Part shown: positions 28,390 to 37,994 of the stretch, piece by piece | How positions within the stretch are numbered: the first letter of the stretch is position 1 | Layout of the letters: every line of letters begins with the position of its first letter | NCBI GenBank assembly: GCA_965213705.1 | Contig: OZ243913.1 | Location: forward strand, 1,824,001 to 1,888,000 | Origin: Trueperaceae bacterium | Lineage (GTDB): Bacteria > Deinococcota > Deinococci > Deinococcales > Trueperaceae | Reading direction: 5' to 3' | DNA: 64,000 nt | Notes under the pieces: generated by a model | The model's database searches: none | What the model was told of the DNA's origin: nothing | Seen by the model: only the letters and a program-made list of their open reading frames with translations | Made by a program: the position numbers and the translations under genes

Positions 28390-29206
28390 GCTGAGCGTCA
28401 TCACCGTGACCTTCGGGCGTTTAGGCTTGCTGCTGCGCAAGTTGGGGACCCTGAAAGCTCAAACTCTCGGGTCCAGCCAGTTCGAACTCGTGCTGTGCGT
28501 CAACGGCGACGCGGAAACTCTGGCGGCTCTCGAGAATATCGAGTTACCCTTTCATCTCACCGTCGTTCCTTTTGCTGAGACGACCGGCTCGGCGCGGGCG
28601 CGCAACGTGTGCGCCGAACGGGCGCGAGCCGACCTGCTGTACTTTTCGGACGACGACGCCCTGCTGCGGCCGGACACGCTTAAAAAGCATCTTGAGTTTC
28701 AGAAAACACACGCCTCGAGCGTCGCAGTCGGTGGGGTGAACTGGGAACATAACGGCGAGGTAGAAAACATGCGGCCCCGCCGCGTCAACTATTGGAACCT
28801 GCACGGCATCAACACGAGCTTGCCACGGTCGGCGTTCGAGGCGGTCGGCGGCTTTCCCGAATGGGTGACGAGTTATGGGCTCGAGGACGTGCTGTTGGGC
28901 TACGAACTCGTCAAAAGGGGTTACCAGCTCGTCGCCTTGAACGAGGCGAGCGTGCGGCACGTCGGCGCAAACCCGATGCGCGGGTTGCAGCCTGAGAAAG
29001 CTTACAGCGCCGGCCGTAACGCGGTGCAAATCGTGAGGCGTTATCCTGAGCTGGCTTACCGTTTGGGCGTCCACCCGCTCTCGCTCGGCCTCAAACGCTT
29101 AGCGCTGACGCCGCCCCTGAGCTTGCTGTGGCAAGCCGTCGACAAAAGCTCTTTTCGCTACGAACGCGCCTACCTAAAGGGCGTGCTGGAGGAACATCAT
29201 GGCTGA
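28382..29206 (+). CDS. Glycosyltransferase family 2
   Basis: LSVIT.T, ARARN, FSDDD (DxD) and GGFPE...YGLED motifs. Confidence 0.85.
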   Translation: MTELSVITVTFGRLGLLLRKLGTLKAQTLGSSQFELVLCVNGDAETLAALENIELPFHLTVVPFAETTGSARARNVCAERARADLLYFSDDDALLRPDTLKKHLEFQKTHASSVAVGGVNWEHNGEVENMRPRRVNYWNLHGINTSLPRSAFEAVGGFPEWVTSYGLEDVLLGYELVKRGYQLVALNEASVRHVGANPMRGLQPEKAYSAGRNAVQIVRRYPELAYRLGVHPLSLGLKRLALTPPLSLLWQAVDKSSFRYERAYLKGVLEEHHG

Positions 29207-30239
29207 GGTTCAAACATCCGACGTGTCCATCGCGCCGCTGCTCAACGACATTTTCGGCGGCAAAACGCTCGACCGAGAACAGGCTCGAGAAGTTATCGGC
29301 CACCTCATGGACGGCCGTTTGAGCCAGATGCAGGCGGCGGCGCTGCTGGCCGCGCTGCGGATGCGCGGCGAGACGGTCGAGGAGATTACCGGCTTCGCCG
29401 AGGCGATGCGGGCGCGGGCGGTCACGGTGCCGGTCAGGCGGAACGGCCCGCTCCTCGACATTGTCGGGACGGGCGGCACCGGGCTGAACACCTTTAACAT
29501 CAGCACGGCGACGCTGTTTGTGGTGGCGGCGGGCGGCGCGCGCATCGCCAAGCACGGCAACCGCGGGGTGACGCGCAAGTCGGGCTCGGCCGACGTGTTG
29601 GAAGCGCTCGGCGTGAACTTAGACCAAACGCCGGAACAGCTCGCCGCGAGCATCGAAGAGGTCGGGCTGGCGTTTTTGTACGCGCGCACGCACCACCCGG
29701 CCATGAAGTTCGTCGCGCCGATTCGCGCCGACATCCAGGCGCGGACCATCTTCAACTCCATCGGCCCCTTGACCAACCCCGCCTCGGCCGACCGGCAACT
29801 AATGGGTGTGTTCGACCCGCACCTGACCGAGACACTGGCGCAGGTGTTGGGCGGTTTGGGCGTCGAGCGGGCGCTCGTGGTTCACGGGGCGGGTTTGGAC
29901 GAGCTGACGGTCTGCGGTGAAAACAAGGTGACCGAACTGCGTGACGGCGGTGTCACGACGTTCGAGCTGACGCCCGAAGAGGTCGGGTTGGGCCGTTTTG
30001 ACATCAAAGACGTGATGGGCGGCACGCCCGAGGAAAATGCGCGAACCATCCGGCACCTGCTGGCGGGCGAAGTGCGAGGTGCCAAGCGTGACATCGTCTT
30101 ACTTAATGCCGGCGCAGCCCTTTACCTCGTCGACAAAGCTGAGAGTGTCGCCGAGGGCGTCAAGGTAGCGGAGGAGCTTATCGACAGCGGCAAAGCGTCG
30201 GCTAAGCTCGAGCAGTACGTGGCTTTCAGCCGGAGGTAA
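29199..30239 (+). CDS. trpD: Anthranilate phosphoribosyltransferase
   Basis: DIVGTGGTG.NTFNIST, KHGNRG..KSGSAD and GLDE motifs. Confidence 0.95.
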   Translation: MAEVQTSDVSIAPLLNDIFGGKTLDREQAREVIGHLMDGRLSQMQAAALLAALRMRGETVEEITGFAEAMRARAVTVPVRRNGPLLDIVGTGGTGLNTFNISTATLFVVAAGGARIAKHGNRGVTRKSGSADVLEALGVNLDQTPEQLAASIEEVGLAFLYARTHHPAMKFVAPIRADIQARTIFNSIGPLTNPASADRQLMGVFDPHLTETLAQVLGGLGVERALVVHGAGLDELTVCGENKVTELRDGGVTTFELTPEEVGLGRFDIKDVMGGTPEENARTIRHLLAGEVRGAKRDIVLLNAGAALYLVDKAESVAEGVKVAEELIDSGKASAKLEQYVAFSRR

Positions 30240-30292
30240 GTTTGTAGGAATTTTTCTACTGGCTACAAGCTACCGGCGTCTGCCGACAAAAG

Positions 30293-30325
30293 AAAAGCCC
30301 TCGAGCTTGGCTCGAGGGCTTTTTT
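30293..30325. terminator. Bidirectional intrinsic terminator
   Basis: aaaagccctcgagc-ttg-gctcgagggcttttt between convergent genes. Confidence 0.85.
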
Positions 30326-30339
30326 GCAGGGCGTGCCGC

Positions 30340-31476
30340 TTAGAAGCGGAAGACCACGCCGCCGCCGACGGTCGGGTAAATCTGGTCGTACCTGTCCGAG
30401 GTAGGCGCGTCGAAGTAATAGTCGACCCCGCCTTCGACGAACAACCCGATGTCCCCGAACAGCGCGTACTCGGCACCAAGGATGCCGCCTGCGAACAGGC
30501 CTTCGTTGGCACCCGAGTTCATGATGTCGAGTTGGTAACCCGCACCCGCGCCGATATAGGCCGCCAAACGACCGAAGTCGAGGGTGTAGGTCAGTTGGCC
30601 GGACACGGCAACTGTGCCTTCGGTAATCGGGCTCTGGCGACCGTAGTCACCCGTGACCCGTAAACCGATAGGACCGATGATGCCGTCGTAACCGATAGCC
30701 AAACGAACCGGGAAGCGGTCGTCAAGTTCGCTCAGCGCACCCAAGCGCACCGAGAAGGGGCTGCGGGCGTAGGGCGTACCGACTGGTTGCGGCGGCTCTA
30801 CAACAATCGGTTGCGGAGCGGCGGGCTCGACAACGACCGGTTGGGCCGGAGCCGGTGCCATCGTTTCGCCGGGCGTACCGTCGGCACCGGCCGGGCCTTG
30901 TGGACCGACGGGGCCTTGCGGGCCGGCGGGGCCTTCAGGACCTTGCGGGCCGGCGGGACCCTCGGGACCTTGCGGACCCTCGGGGCCTTGCGGGCCTTGC
31001 ATTCCGCCCGCGTCCATTTGAGCGCGCATGGACTCGAGTTCAGCCGTCAGTGAAGCCACTTGCTCGCGCAGGGCCTCCAACTCGCTACGGTCGGCCTTGT
31101 TGTTGATGGCCTGCCGCAGGTCTTCGACGTTGACGTTCAAGCTGTCGAATTCGCTTTGCAGCTCGGCGACGGCGTTGAACATGGGCTCCAAGCTGCCGAA
31201 AACGGCGGCCAGTCGACCCTCGAACAAGTTGACCATACGCGCGATGATGACCGCTTCTTCGTAGCGGGTCAGGTTCTGGCTGCCGCGGTAGGTTCCGTCG
31301 GGAAACCCGACGATGATTCCCGAAGCGACCGCTAGGTCGATAGCGTCACTTGCCCAGTGGCCCTCGGGCACGTCTGGGAACTCTGCAGGTGCGGATTGGA
31401 TGGCTCCAATCGGTTGTTGCGCCAACACTCCCGTAAAGGTGAGAGCTGCAAGCAACATGACAAAAAAACGCTTCAT
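30340..31476 (-). CDS. SLH-domain envelope protein with coiled coil, collagen-like repeats and C-terminal outer-membrane beta-barrel
   Basis: Signal peptide; [27 protein letters not shown]; (GPQ/GPE/GPA)n; ends GVVFRF. Confidence 0.85.
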   Translation of the reverse strand: MKRFFVMLLAALTFTGVLAQQPIGAIQSAPAEFPDVPEGHWASDAIDLAVASGIIVGFPDGTYRGSQNLTRYEEAVIIARMVNLFEGRLAAVFGSLEPMFNAVAELQSEFDSLNVNVEDLRQAINNKADRSELEALREQVASLTAELESMRAQMDAGGMQGPQGPEGPQGPEGPAGPQGPEGPAGPQGPVGPQGPAGADGTPGETMAPAPAQPVVVEPAAPQPIVVEPPQPVGTPYARSPFSVRLGALSELDDRFPVRLAIGYDGIIGPIGLRVTGDYGRQSPITEGTVAVSGQLTYTLDFGRLAAYIGAGAGYQLDIMNSGANEGLFAGGILGAEYALFGDIGLFVEGGVDYYFDAPTSDRYDQIYPTVGGGVVFRF

Positions 31477-31674
31477 TCGACTCCTCTCATGAGTTGAACA
31501 CGTCCAGGCCTGAATAGCCTGGCGTTTGTAAGTTGAAGACCCCCTCTTCCTCAAGAGGCCTCTGGCCTTCACGTCCCCAAGCCTATGGGAGTTCTTTCTG
31601 TGAAAAATTAGGAAAGCTCACATTCAATGCCTCTTAAACAACAATGTGAAAAATTTTGCTTTTATGAGAGCCGG

Positions 31675-31992
31675 CTAAGTCTGGTTCAGAACAACGAAGA
31701 CGGAGTCGCCCTCGAGCTGAACCTGAAACAGCCGAATCTTCTTGATAGCCGGCAGGGTCGCCTGACCCGTTGTTAGGTCGAAGGTCGCGCCGTGATAAGT
31801 GCACTTGAGCTTGCCGTCCAACAGCTCCCCGTCGTGGAGGGGATACTTAGCGTGGGTACAGCGGTCGGGCAGGGCGTAGAACACGCCGTCCTGTTTGACG
31901 AGCACAATTTCGTGCTCGCCCACCTTCAGGGGCGTGACGCTGTCGTCGGCAAACTGGTCGATGTTGCCGACCTCGAAACGTTCTGTGGACAT
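31675..31992 (-). CDS. Rieske-type ferredoxin associated with suf
   Basis: CTH...CTYHG Rieske ligands. Confidence 0.9.
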   Translation of the reverse strand: MSTERFEVGNIDQFADDSVTPLKVGEHEIVLVKQDGVFYALPDRCTHAKYPLHDGELLDGKLKCTYHGATFDLTTGQATLPAIKKIRLFQVQLEGDSVFVVLNQT

Positions 31993-32000
31993 AAACCTCC

Positions 32001-32081
32001 AGGAAAAAAAGGAGAAAGTGGCAAGGAAAAAGGAGAAAGTAGGAATGACTCCCTTTCTCCTTATTTCCTTTGTCCTGCCTT
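32001..32081. repeat. Purine/pyrimidine-segregated, roughly 7-nt periodic inverted repeat
   Basis: aaaggagaaagt twice, then ctttctccttatttcctttgtcct. Confidence 0.65.
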
Positions 32082-33397
32082 TACAGCTTCTCTTTGACCC
32101 CCGGCACGCCGAGTTTGGCTTGAACGATGCGCTCGACGTACTCGGCGACCTTGGGCAGCGTCACGCGGGTGGTGACCTCGTACAAAAAGCTCGTGACCAA
32201 TACGTGCTCGGCGACCTCGGGCGGCAGGCCGCGGCTCATGAGGTAGAAACGCTGGTCTTCGGGGACGGGGGAGACGGTCGAGCCGTGCGAGCAGCGCACG
32301 TCGTTGGCGGCGATTTCCAACTGCGGAATACTCACCGCTTCGGACTGTTCGTCGAGCAGAAAGTTCCGGTTGGTCTGGTAGGCGTCGGTTTTTTGCGCGC
32401 CCTCGTCCACCACGATAACGCCCGAGTAAACCGCCTTCGAGCCGTCGCGGAGCGCGCCCTTAAAGAGCAGGTCGCTAAAAGCGTGGTCCGACGCGTGGTG
32501 CTGCAGCGTGTACTGGTCATAGTGCTGCCCCTTGTCGGCAAAGTACAGCCCGAGCATCTCGGACTCGCTGCCGGGGCCTTGCAGCACGCTCTCGACCTCG
32601 CTCCGAGCGGCGTCCGCGCCCAGGTTGACGGTGAGGCTCTCGAGCCGCGAATCACGGCCTAAGTTCGCGCGCATCTTGTTCACGTGCGCGACCGTGCGGC
32701 TCCAGTTTTGCAAGTTCACGTAGCGCAACTTCGCGCCGTCGCCCAGAACAAGCTCGACCGCGCCCGACGCGAACAGTCGTTCGCCGAACTCCTCGGAAGA
32801 GTACTCGTCGATGAATGTGGCTTTGGCGTTGGCTTCCAACACCACCAGCGTCCGCGGCGCGATAATTCCGCCGTTGTCGGCGCTGTAAAACGCCCCCAAC
32901 GGCAGCTCGACCTCGACGTTTTTGGGCACGTACAAAAAAGTGCCGTTTTCCCACAGCGCCGCGTTGAGCGCCGCGTACTTCGTCTGCGCGGCGTTGACGG
33001 CGCTGTAGAGGTGCTTCTTGACGAGGTCTTCGTGCTCTTGCAAAGCGGTGCGCAAGTCGGTAAAGACGACGCCCGGCTCATGAATGTGCGAGTCGCGGTA
33101 GACGACCCGGTTGCCTTTGTGAACGATGACGCCTTCGGCGTCCGAGTCGGTGATGCGCGTGCGGATGCGCTCGGAGATTTCTTCGCTTTTGGGGCCGCTG
33201 ACAAGGTCTAAGCCGTCGAGCTTGAAGCGCGCCAGGTCGGTATATCGCCACTGCTCGGCGCGCATGTCGGGCCAGGGCAGCGCCTCGAAGCTGCGGAGCG
33301 CCGCGCGGCGCTCCGCGACAAGCCAGTCAGGCTCGCCGTACTTTTTAGCTAGGGTCCCAACAGCCTCGGCAAGGTTCAGAGTTTCTTGAACAGCCAT
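32081..33397 (-). CDS. sufD: Fe-S cluster assembly protein SufD
   Basis: EQWRYT, GAQKTDAYQTNRN and PQLEIAANDVRCSHG motifs. Confidence 0.93.
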   Translation of the reverse strand: MAVQETLNLAEAVGTLAKKYGEPDWLVAERRAALRSFEALPWPDMRAEQWRYTDLARFKLDGLDLVSGPKSEEISERIRTRITDSDAEGVIVHKGNRVVYRDSHIHEPGVVFTDLRTALQEHEDLVKKHLYSAVNAAQTKYAALNAALWENGTFLYVPKNVEVELPLGAFYSADNGGIIAPRTLVVLEANAKATFIDEYSSEEFGERLFASGAVELVLGDGAKLRYVNLQNWSRTVAHVNKMRANLGRDSRLESLTVNLGADAARSEVESVLQGPGSESEMLGLYFADKGQHYDQYTLQHHASDHAFSDLLFKGALRDGSKAVYSGVIVVDEGAQKTDAYQTNRNFLLDEQSEAVSIPQLEIAANDVRCSHGSTVSPVPEDQRFYLMSRGLPPEVAEHVLVTSFLYEVTTRVTLPKVAEYVERIVQAKLGVPGVKEKL

Positions 33398-33399
33398 TT

Positions 33400-33888
33400 T
33401 TACTCTTTGTTTCCTATAATTAGAAACTCGCCCACAAACGTACCGTCCCGCCTCAAGGTGACGTTACCCGCCAGCCCTTCGTCTCCAGAACTATAAGTGG
33501 CTGTACCCGCGGCAGTATAGTCGGGCGCGGTTGCAAAGTCGATGGTTACGTCGAAGTCGTAGGTTGCAAAGTTAGAAGTTGCGGCGACGGTGCCACTCAA
33601 CTCCCCTACGTCACCCTTGAAGTCGAACTGGTTCCCGGACGTCAAAGTGCCTGACAAGTTCCCGTTCGTAACGGTAAAGGTTGTCAAGCCGCCAATGAAA
33701 ATGTCATTGGTTTGATCATCAACTATAAAGGTACCGTTGTAGGTTCCGTTCAGGTCCTGTAGGGAATCACCTGGAGGGTTGTTGCCCCCGCCGCCACCCG
33801 GACCCGGTGTCCCCCCGCCACAGGCAGCCAGGACGAGGGCCGTCAAGACCAAAACGAAAGCTTGCTTCAAAACGCGTGATAGTTTCAT
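33400..33888 (-). CDS. Hypothetical beta-rich lipoprotein inserted in the suf operon
   Basis: AAAGGAG RBS, lipobox LAAC, Gly/Pro linker; AT-richer codon usage. Confidence 0.8.
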   Translation of the reverse strand: MKLSRVLKQAFVLVLTALVLAACGGGTPGPGGGGGNNPPGDSLQDLNGTYNGTFIVDDQTNDIFIGGLTTFTVTNGNLSGTLTSGNQFDFKGDVGELSGTVAATSNFATYDFDVTIDFATAPDYTAAGTATYSSGDEGLAGNVTLRRDGTFVGEFLIIGNKE

Positions 33889-33942
33889 TACCCCACACTT
33901 CCTTTCTCAAGGTTGTACAGTTATACCCGGTAAGCTGCTTAA

Positions 33943-34195
33943 TTACCTGTAGGCGTCCTTTCTATGAGCTACGCGCAAGATACTAACAACGCGCTCTCGA
34001 GTGTCAACTTCGTAAATGACTCGGTAGTCCCCTACGCGCACTCGGTAGGCTTCTGCTCCTTAGTTTCACCACACCCCGCCCAAAGGGGTCTTCCGCCAAA
34101 CCCTCGAGGGCAACAACAATCCTTTCGCTCGCTTCTCGACTCAACCTCCGCAGCTCCTTCTCCACCTGAGGATAGAAGCGCACCCTGTAACTCAT
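33943..34195 (-). pseudogene. relE: RelE/ParE toxin, frameshifted near 34060
   Basis: MSYRV...LAEDPFGRGVVKL, then in a shifted frame GAEAYRVRVGDYRVIYEVD...ILRVAHRKDAYR* (stop 33943-33945). Confidence 0.85.
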
Positions 34196-34205
34196 AAGCT
34201 GTAAC

Positions 34206-34412
34206 TCACACCTCGAGCCGCTTTTTCATTTCCTCCAACGAGACAAACTCCCCACCCTCACTCCGGCGCCGTTGGATGATTTCTACATCCTGAGCGTCGA
34301 GCGCTTTGTCTAACAGTTCCTCATATTCTTCGAGAGAGAGCACGACGTGCGTGCGCCTGCCTTCCGTATCGGTGAGGTACTGGTGGTTGGTTGTACCGGC
34401 TGCGTCTGCCAT
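34206..34412 (-). CDS. Putative antitoxin of the RelE module
   Basis: YLTDTEG.RTHVVLSLEEYEELL...FVSLEEMKKRL; immediately upstream of relE. Confidence 0.8.
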   Translation of the reverse strand: MADAAGTTNHQYLTDTEGRRTHVVLSLEEYEELLDKALDAQDVEIIQRRRSEGGEFVSLEEMKKRLEV

Positions 34413-34423
34413 AAGTTCGGGAG

Positions 34424-34468
34424 AAAGGATAAAGTGGAAAGACCTTTATCCTTTCCACTTTATCCTTT
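34424..34468. repeat. Perfect 18-bp inverted repeat of 7-nt periodic purine units
   Basis: aaaggataaagtggaaag (34424-34441) / ctttccactttatccttt (34451-34468). Confidence 0.8.
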
Positions 34469-34469
34469 T

Positions 34470-35921
34470 TTAACCTACGCTTCCTTCCATCTCGAGTTCA
34501 ATCAGTCTATTTAGCTCGACCGCGTACTCCAGCGGCAGTTCTTTCGCCACCGGCTCCAAAAAGCCGCGCACGATGAGTGCTGCTGCCTCAGCTTCGGGCA
34601 AACCGCGGCTCATGAGGTAGAAAATCTGCTCGTCGTTGAGCTTGCTCACCGTCGCCTCGTGGCCGACGTGGGCGGTTTTTTCGTTGATTTCGATGTACGG
34701 GTAGGTGTCGGTCTTGGCCGTCTCGTCTAAAAGCAGCGCGTCGCACTCGACGTTGCTGCGCGCGTACTTGGCACCCTCGTGAATTTGGACGAGGCCGCGG
34801 TAAGACGAGCGCCCGCCGCTCTTGGAAATCGACTTCGAGACGATGGACGAACTCGTGTTGGGCGCGGCGTGGACCACTTTGCCGCCCGCGTCTTGCCACT
34901 GGTTGTCGCTGGCAAAAGCAATCGAGAGGATTTCGCCCCGCGCGCCCTCACCCATGAGGTAGCACGACGGGTACTTCATCGTCGTTTTGGAGCCCAAGTT
35001 GCCGTCCAACCAACCCATCGAGGCGTTTTTGTGGACTATCGCGCGCTGGGTGACGAGGTTGTAGACGTTGTGCGACCAGTTCTGAATCGTCGTGTAGCGC
35101 GCTTGCGCGCCCTCTTTGACGACGATTTCGATGACGCCCGAGTGGAACGAGTCGGTGTTGTAGGCGGGCGCGGTGCACCCTTCGATGTAGTGAAACTTGC
35201 TGCCCGGCTCCCCGATGATGAGGGTGCGCTCGAACTGCCCCACGCTCTGCGCGTTGAGGAGAAAGTAGGCTTGCAGCGGCACTTCGATTTCGACGCCCGC
35301 GGGGACGTAGACGAACGAGCCGCCCGACCAGACCGCGCTGTTGACCGCCGCGAAGTAGTTGTCTTCGGGTGGGACTATTGTGGCGAAGTGCTCCTTGAAA
35401 ATCTCCGGGTGCTCTTTCAGGCCGGTGTCGGTGTCCAAGAAAATCACGCCGAGCTTTTGCCACTCTTCTTTGAGCGAGTGGTAGACCATCTCGGACTCGT
35501 ACTGCGCGCCGACGCCCGCGAGCATCTTCTGCTCGGCCTCGGGGATGCCCAAGCGCTGGTAGGTGTTGCGCACCTCTTCGGGGATGTCGTTCCAGTCGTT
35601 GGTCGTGCCCTTGCGGTCTTGCGGACGGATGTAAAAGTAAATCTCGTCGAAGTTCAGACTAGACAAGTCCGGCCCCCACTTGGGACGGCCTTTTTTCTGG
35701 GCGATGTCGAAGGCCTTGAGGCGAAAGTCCAGCATCCACTGGGGCTCGTCTTTGTAGTAGCTGATTTGCTCGACGACGCGCTTGGTAAAGCCTTTCTCCG
35801 AGCGGAAGGCGTAGTCCTCGGCCATTTTGAAGTTGTACTGCTGTTGGTGCTGCATCCCGGTGAGCTTGTGGGCGTCGGGGTGAAAGTCGCTTTGGTTGGG
35901 GTTGGGCGGCATGTCTGCCAT
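34470..35921 (-). CDS. sufB: Fe-S cluster assembly protein SufB
   Basis: GVGAQYESE, GQFERTLI, YIEGCTAP, HEATVSK and ELPLEYAVE motifs; no intein. Confidence 0.96.
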   Translation of the reverse strand: MADMPPNPNQSDFHPDAHKLTGMQHQQQYNFKMAEDYAFRSEKGFTKRVVEQISYYKDEPQWMLDFRLKAFDIAQKKGRPKWGPDLSSLNFDEIYFYIRPQDRKGTTNDWNDIPEEVRNTYQRLGIPEAEQKMLAGVGAQYESEMVYHSLKEEWQKLGVIFLDTDTGLKEHPEIFKEHFATIVPPEDNYFAAVNSAVWSGGSFVYVPAGVEIEVPLQAYFLLNAQSVGQFERTLIIGEPGSKFHYIEGCTAPAYNTDSFHSGVIEIVVKEGAQARYTTIQNWSHNVYNLVTQRAIVHKNASMGWLDGNLGSKTTMKYPSCYLMGEGARGEILSIAFASDNQWQDAGGKVVHAAPNTSSSIVSKSISKSGGRSSYRGLVQIHEGAKYARSNVECDALLLDETAKTDTYPYIEINEKTAHVGHEATVSKLNDEQIFYLMSRGLPEAEAAALIVRGFLEPVAKELPLEYAVELNRLIELEMEGSVG

Positions 35922-35987
35922 GTTCGGTTCCTCTCGAGAGTGTGAAGTCCTTAGTCCGTTGTCGCGCGCTGTTGCTGCCGCGCGCTG

Positions 35988-36743
35988 TTACGCCGCGACG
36001 AGTTCGCGAATCCAGTCGTAACCCTTAGCGTCGAGTTCCTTGGCGAGTTCCTTGTCGCCGGTCTTGACGATTTTACCCTTCACCATGATGTGAACCACGT
36101 CGGGCACGATGTAGTTCAGCAAGCGCTGGTAGTGCGTGATGACGAGCGCCCCGAAGTTCGCGCCCCGCGCGGCGTTCACACCCTGTGACACGACCTTGAG
36201 CGCGTCGATGTCGAGGCCCGAATCGGTCTCGTCGAGGATGGCGTACTTGGGCTCGAGCACCAAGAGCTGTAAAATCTCGCTGCGCTTTTTCTCGCCGCCC
36301 GAGAAGCCTTCGTGCAGGTTGCGCTCGATGATGGAATCGTCCCAGTTGAGCTTTTTCACAGCGTCTTGAAGCTTGTTGTAAAACTCCATGACTTCGATTT
36401 CGTCGCCTTCGTCGCGGCGCGCGTTGAGCGCCAGGCGCAAAAAGTTGGCAATCGACACGCCGGGTACTTCGACCGGGTACTGAAACGCCAGGTACAGCCC
36501 GGCGCGGGCGCGTTCGTCGGGTTCCATTTCCAAGACGCTCTCGCCGTCGACGAGCACGTCGCCCTCGGTGATTTCGTAGCTCGGGTCGCCCGCGATGATT
36601 TTCGCCAGGGTCGACTTGCCCGAGCCGTTCGGCCCCATGAGCGCGTGAACCTCGCCCTTGGGAACGGTCAGGTCGATGCCGCGCAAAATCGTCTCGCCGT
36701 CGACGATGCGGGCATGAAGGTTGCGAATTTCTAAGCTGCTCAC
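35988..36743 (-). CDS. sufC: Fe-S cluster assembly ATPase SufC
   Basis: [32 protein letters not shown] and ITHYQR motifs. Confidence 0.96.
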   Translation of the reverse strand: MSSLEIRNLHARIVDGETILRGIDLTVPKGEVHALMGPNGSGKSTLAKIIAGDPSYEITEGDVLVDGESVLEMEPDERARAGLYLAFQYPVEVPGVSIANFLRLALNARRDEGDEIEVMEFYNKLQDAVKKLNWDDSIIERNLHEGFSGGEKKRSEILQLLVLEPKYAILDETDSGLDIDALKVVSQGVNAARGANFGALVITHYQRLLNYIVPDVVHIMVKGKIVKTGDKELAKELDAKGYDWIRELVAA

Positions 36744-36795
36744 TTGTCTCCTCCGTTTGGGTTGATAGGTTTATGTAGCGTCCCGGCCCCCGTGT

Positions 36796-36866
36796 TTTTA
36801 GGACTTATTCCGACTTTCATTATACACCGTCGACCGGTCAAAGTCGAGTCGTTTACTCGGAATTGA
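36796..36866 (-). promoter_or_regulatory. suf promoter with possible Rrf2/IscR-type operator
   Basis: Minus strand TCGACT-17-TATAAT; imperfect palindrome AATTCCGAGTAAACGACTCGACTTT overlapping the -35. Confidence 0.45.
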
Positions 36867-36962
36867 AGACGACTCGGACGGGGGATGCTGCTTTTCGGTC
36901 GGGTCGCCTCCCGTTTTGACGCTTTGCGGTTTCCGGCACCCCGTCAGTTTTGGGTCAACGAG

Positions 36963-37916
36963 TTACTTTTTTTTACGTTTGAGCCAGCTGAAAGGACCGC
37001 TCGATTCTGCTTTTTTAACGGTTTTGGTCGCGGGCGCGTCCTGCGCGGGACCGCGGCTCGAGCGCCCGGTTTTCCTGCCGGGGACGGTGCCTGCGGCAGG
37101 CACGCTGGTGTGCGCGCTGAAGTCCCGGACAAAGTCGCCGACGTTGCCGAAACGTCTGGCGGCGTCGCGCGACATGGCGCGCACGATGACGCTGTTGAGG
37201 TCGGCGGACACGTCGCCGCGCACGTTTTGCAGGTTGCGCGGCAAAGAGGTACGGTGCTGCAGCATGAGTTCGTCGTAGCTGTTGCCCACAAAAGGCCGCA
37301 CGCCCGCCAAGACCTCGTAGGCGAGCACGCCCAAGCTGTAGACGTCGCTCTGAAAGTCTGCGGGTCGCCCCTCGAACAGTTCGGGGGCCATGTAAAAAGC
37401 GGTGCCGACGCGCTCGTCCAACCTCTTCGAGTCGGTCATAAAGATGCCCGTTCCAAAGTCCCCGAGCTTGGCGCGACCGTCAGTGGTCAAAAAGACGTTG
37501 GCGGGCTTGACGTCTCGGTGCAAAACCTGCTGTTTGTGGGTGTGCCACAAACCCTGAGCCACGTCCAAAACGAGCGAGGAGGCGCGCTCGACGGACAACC
37601 GGCCTTTTTCCAAAAGCAACTGGTCCAAGGTTCCGCCCGGGCAGTACTCGAGCACCAAAAAAGCTTTGTTGCCGGTCGGGTAACCGTCCAGGGCTCGAAC
37701 GACGTGAGGGTCGTTGAGGCCGATGGTGATTTGCACCTCGTTTTCAAACATGCGGCGCAGCACCGGGCGCTCGTGCAGTTCCGGACGCGGTACTTTCAGC
37801 GCGACCTCGCCGCGGCGGGGATGACGCGCCAAAAAAACGTGCGATGTTTGACCCGAGCCGAGCTGCCGGACAACCGTGTAGTCGGGCGGTACAAAGGTCG
37901 GTTGCTCTTGATTCAT
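36963..37916 (-). CDS. Hanks-type Ser/Thr protein kinase (cytoplasmic)
   Basis: LGSG, VALK, HRDVKPAN, DFG, GT..YMAPE and SDVYSLG motifs. Confidence 0.93.
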   Translation of the reverse strand: MNQEQPTFVPPDYTVVRQLGSGQTSHVFLARHPRRGEVALKVPRPELHERPVLRRMFENEVQITIGLNDPHVVRALDGYPTGNKAFLVLEYCPGGTLDQLLLEKGRLSVERASSLVLDVAQGLWHTHKQQVLHRDVKPANVFLTTDGRAKLGDFGTGIFMTDSKRLDERVGTAFYMAPELFEGRPADFQSDVYSLGVLAYEVLAGVRPFVGNSYDELMLQHRTSLPRNLQNVRGDVSADLNSVIVRAMSRDAARRFGNVGDFVRDFSAHTSVPAAGTVPGRKTGRSSRGPAQDAPATKTVKKAESSGPFSWLKRKKK

Positions 37917-37994
37917 TTAGGCGAGCCCCACTTCGACGTTCTCAGTCCGTCGAAACGGTCGGCGCTCGTGTAGTCGGTGCTCATCTGAACGGCG

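Noticed and set aside
34470..35921. SufB intein
   Set aside because: The 483-aa length is normal and no intein motifs are present.
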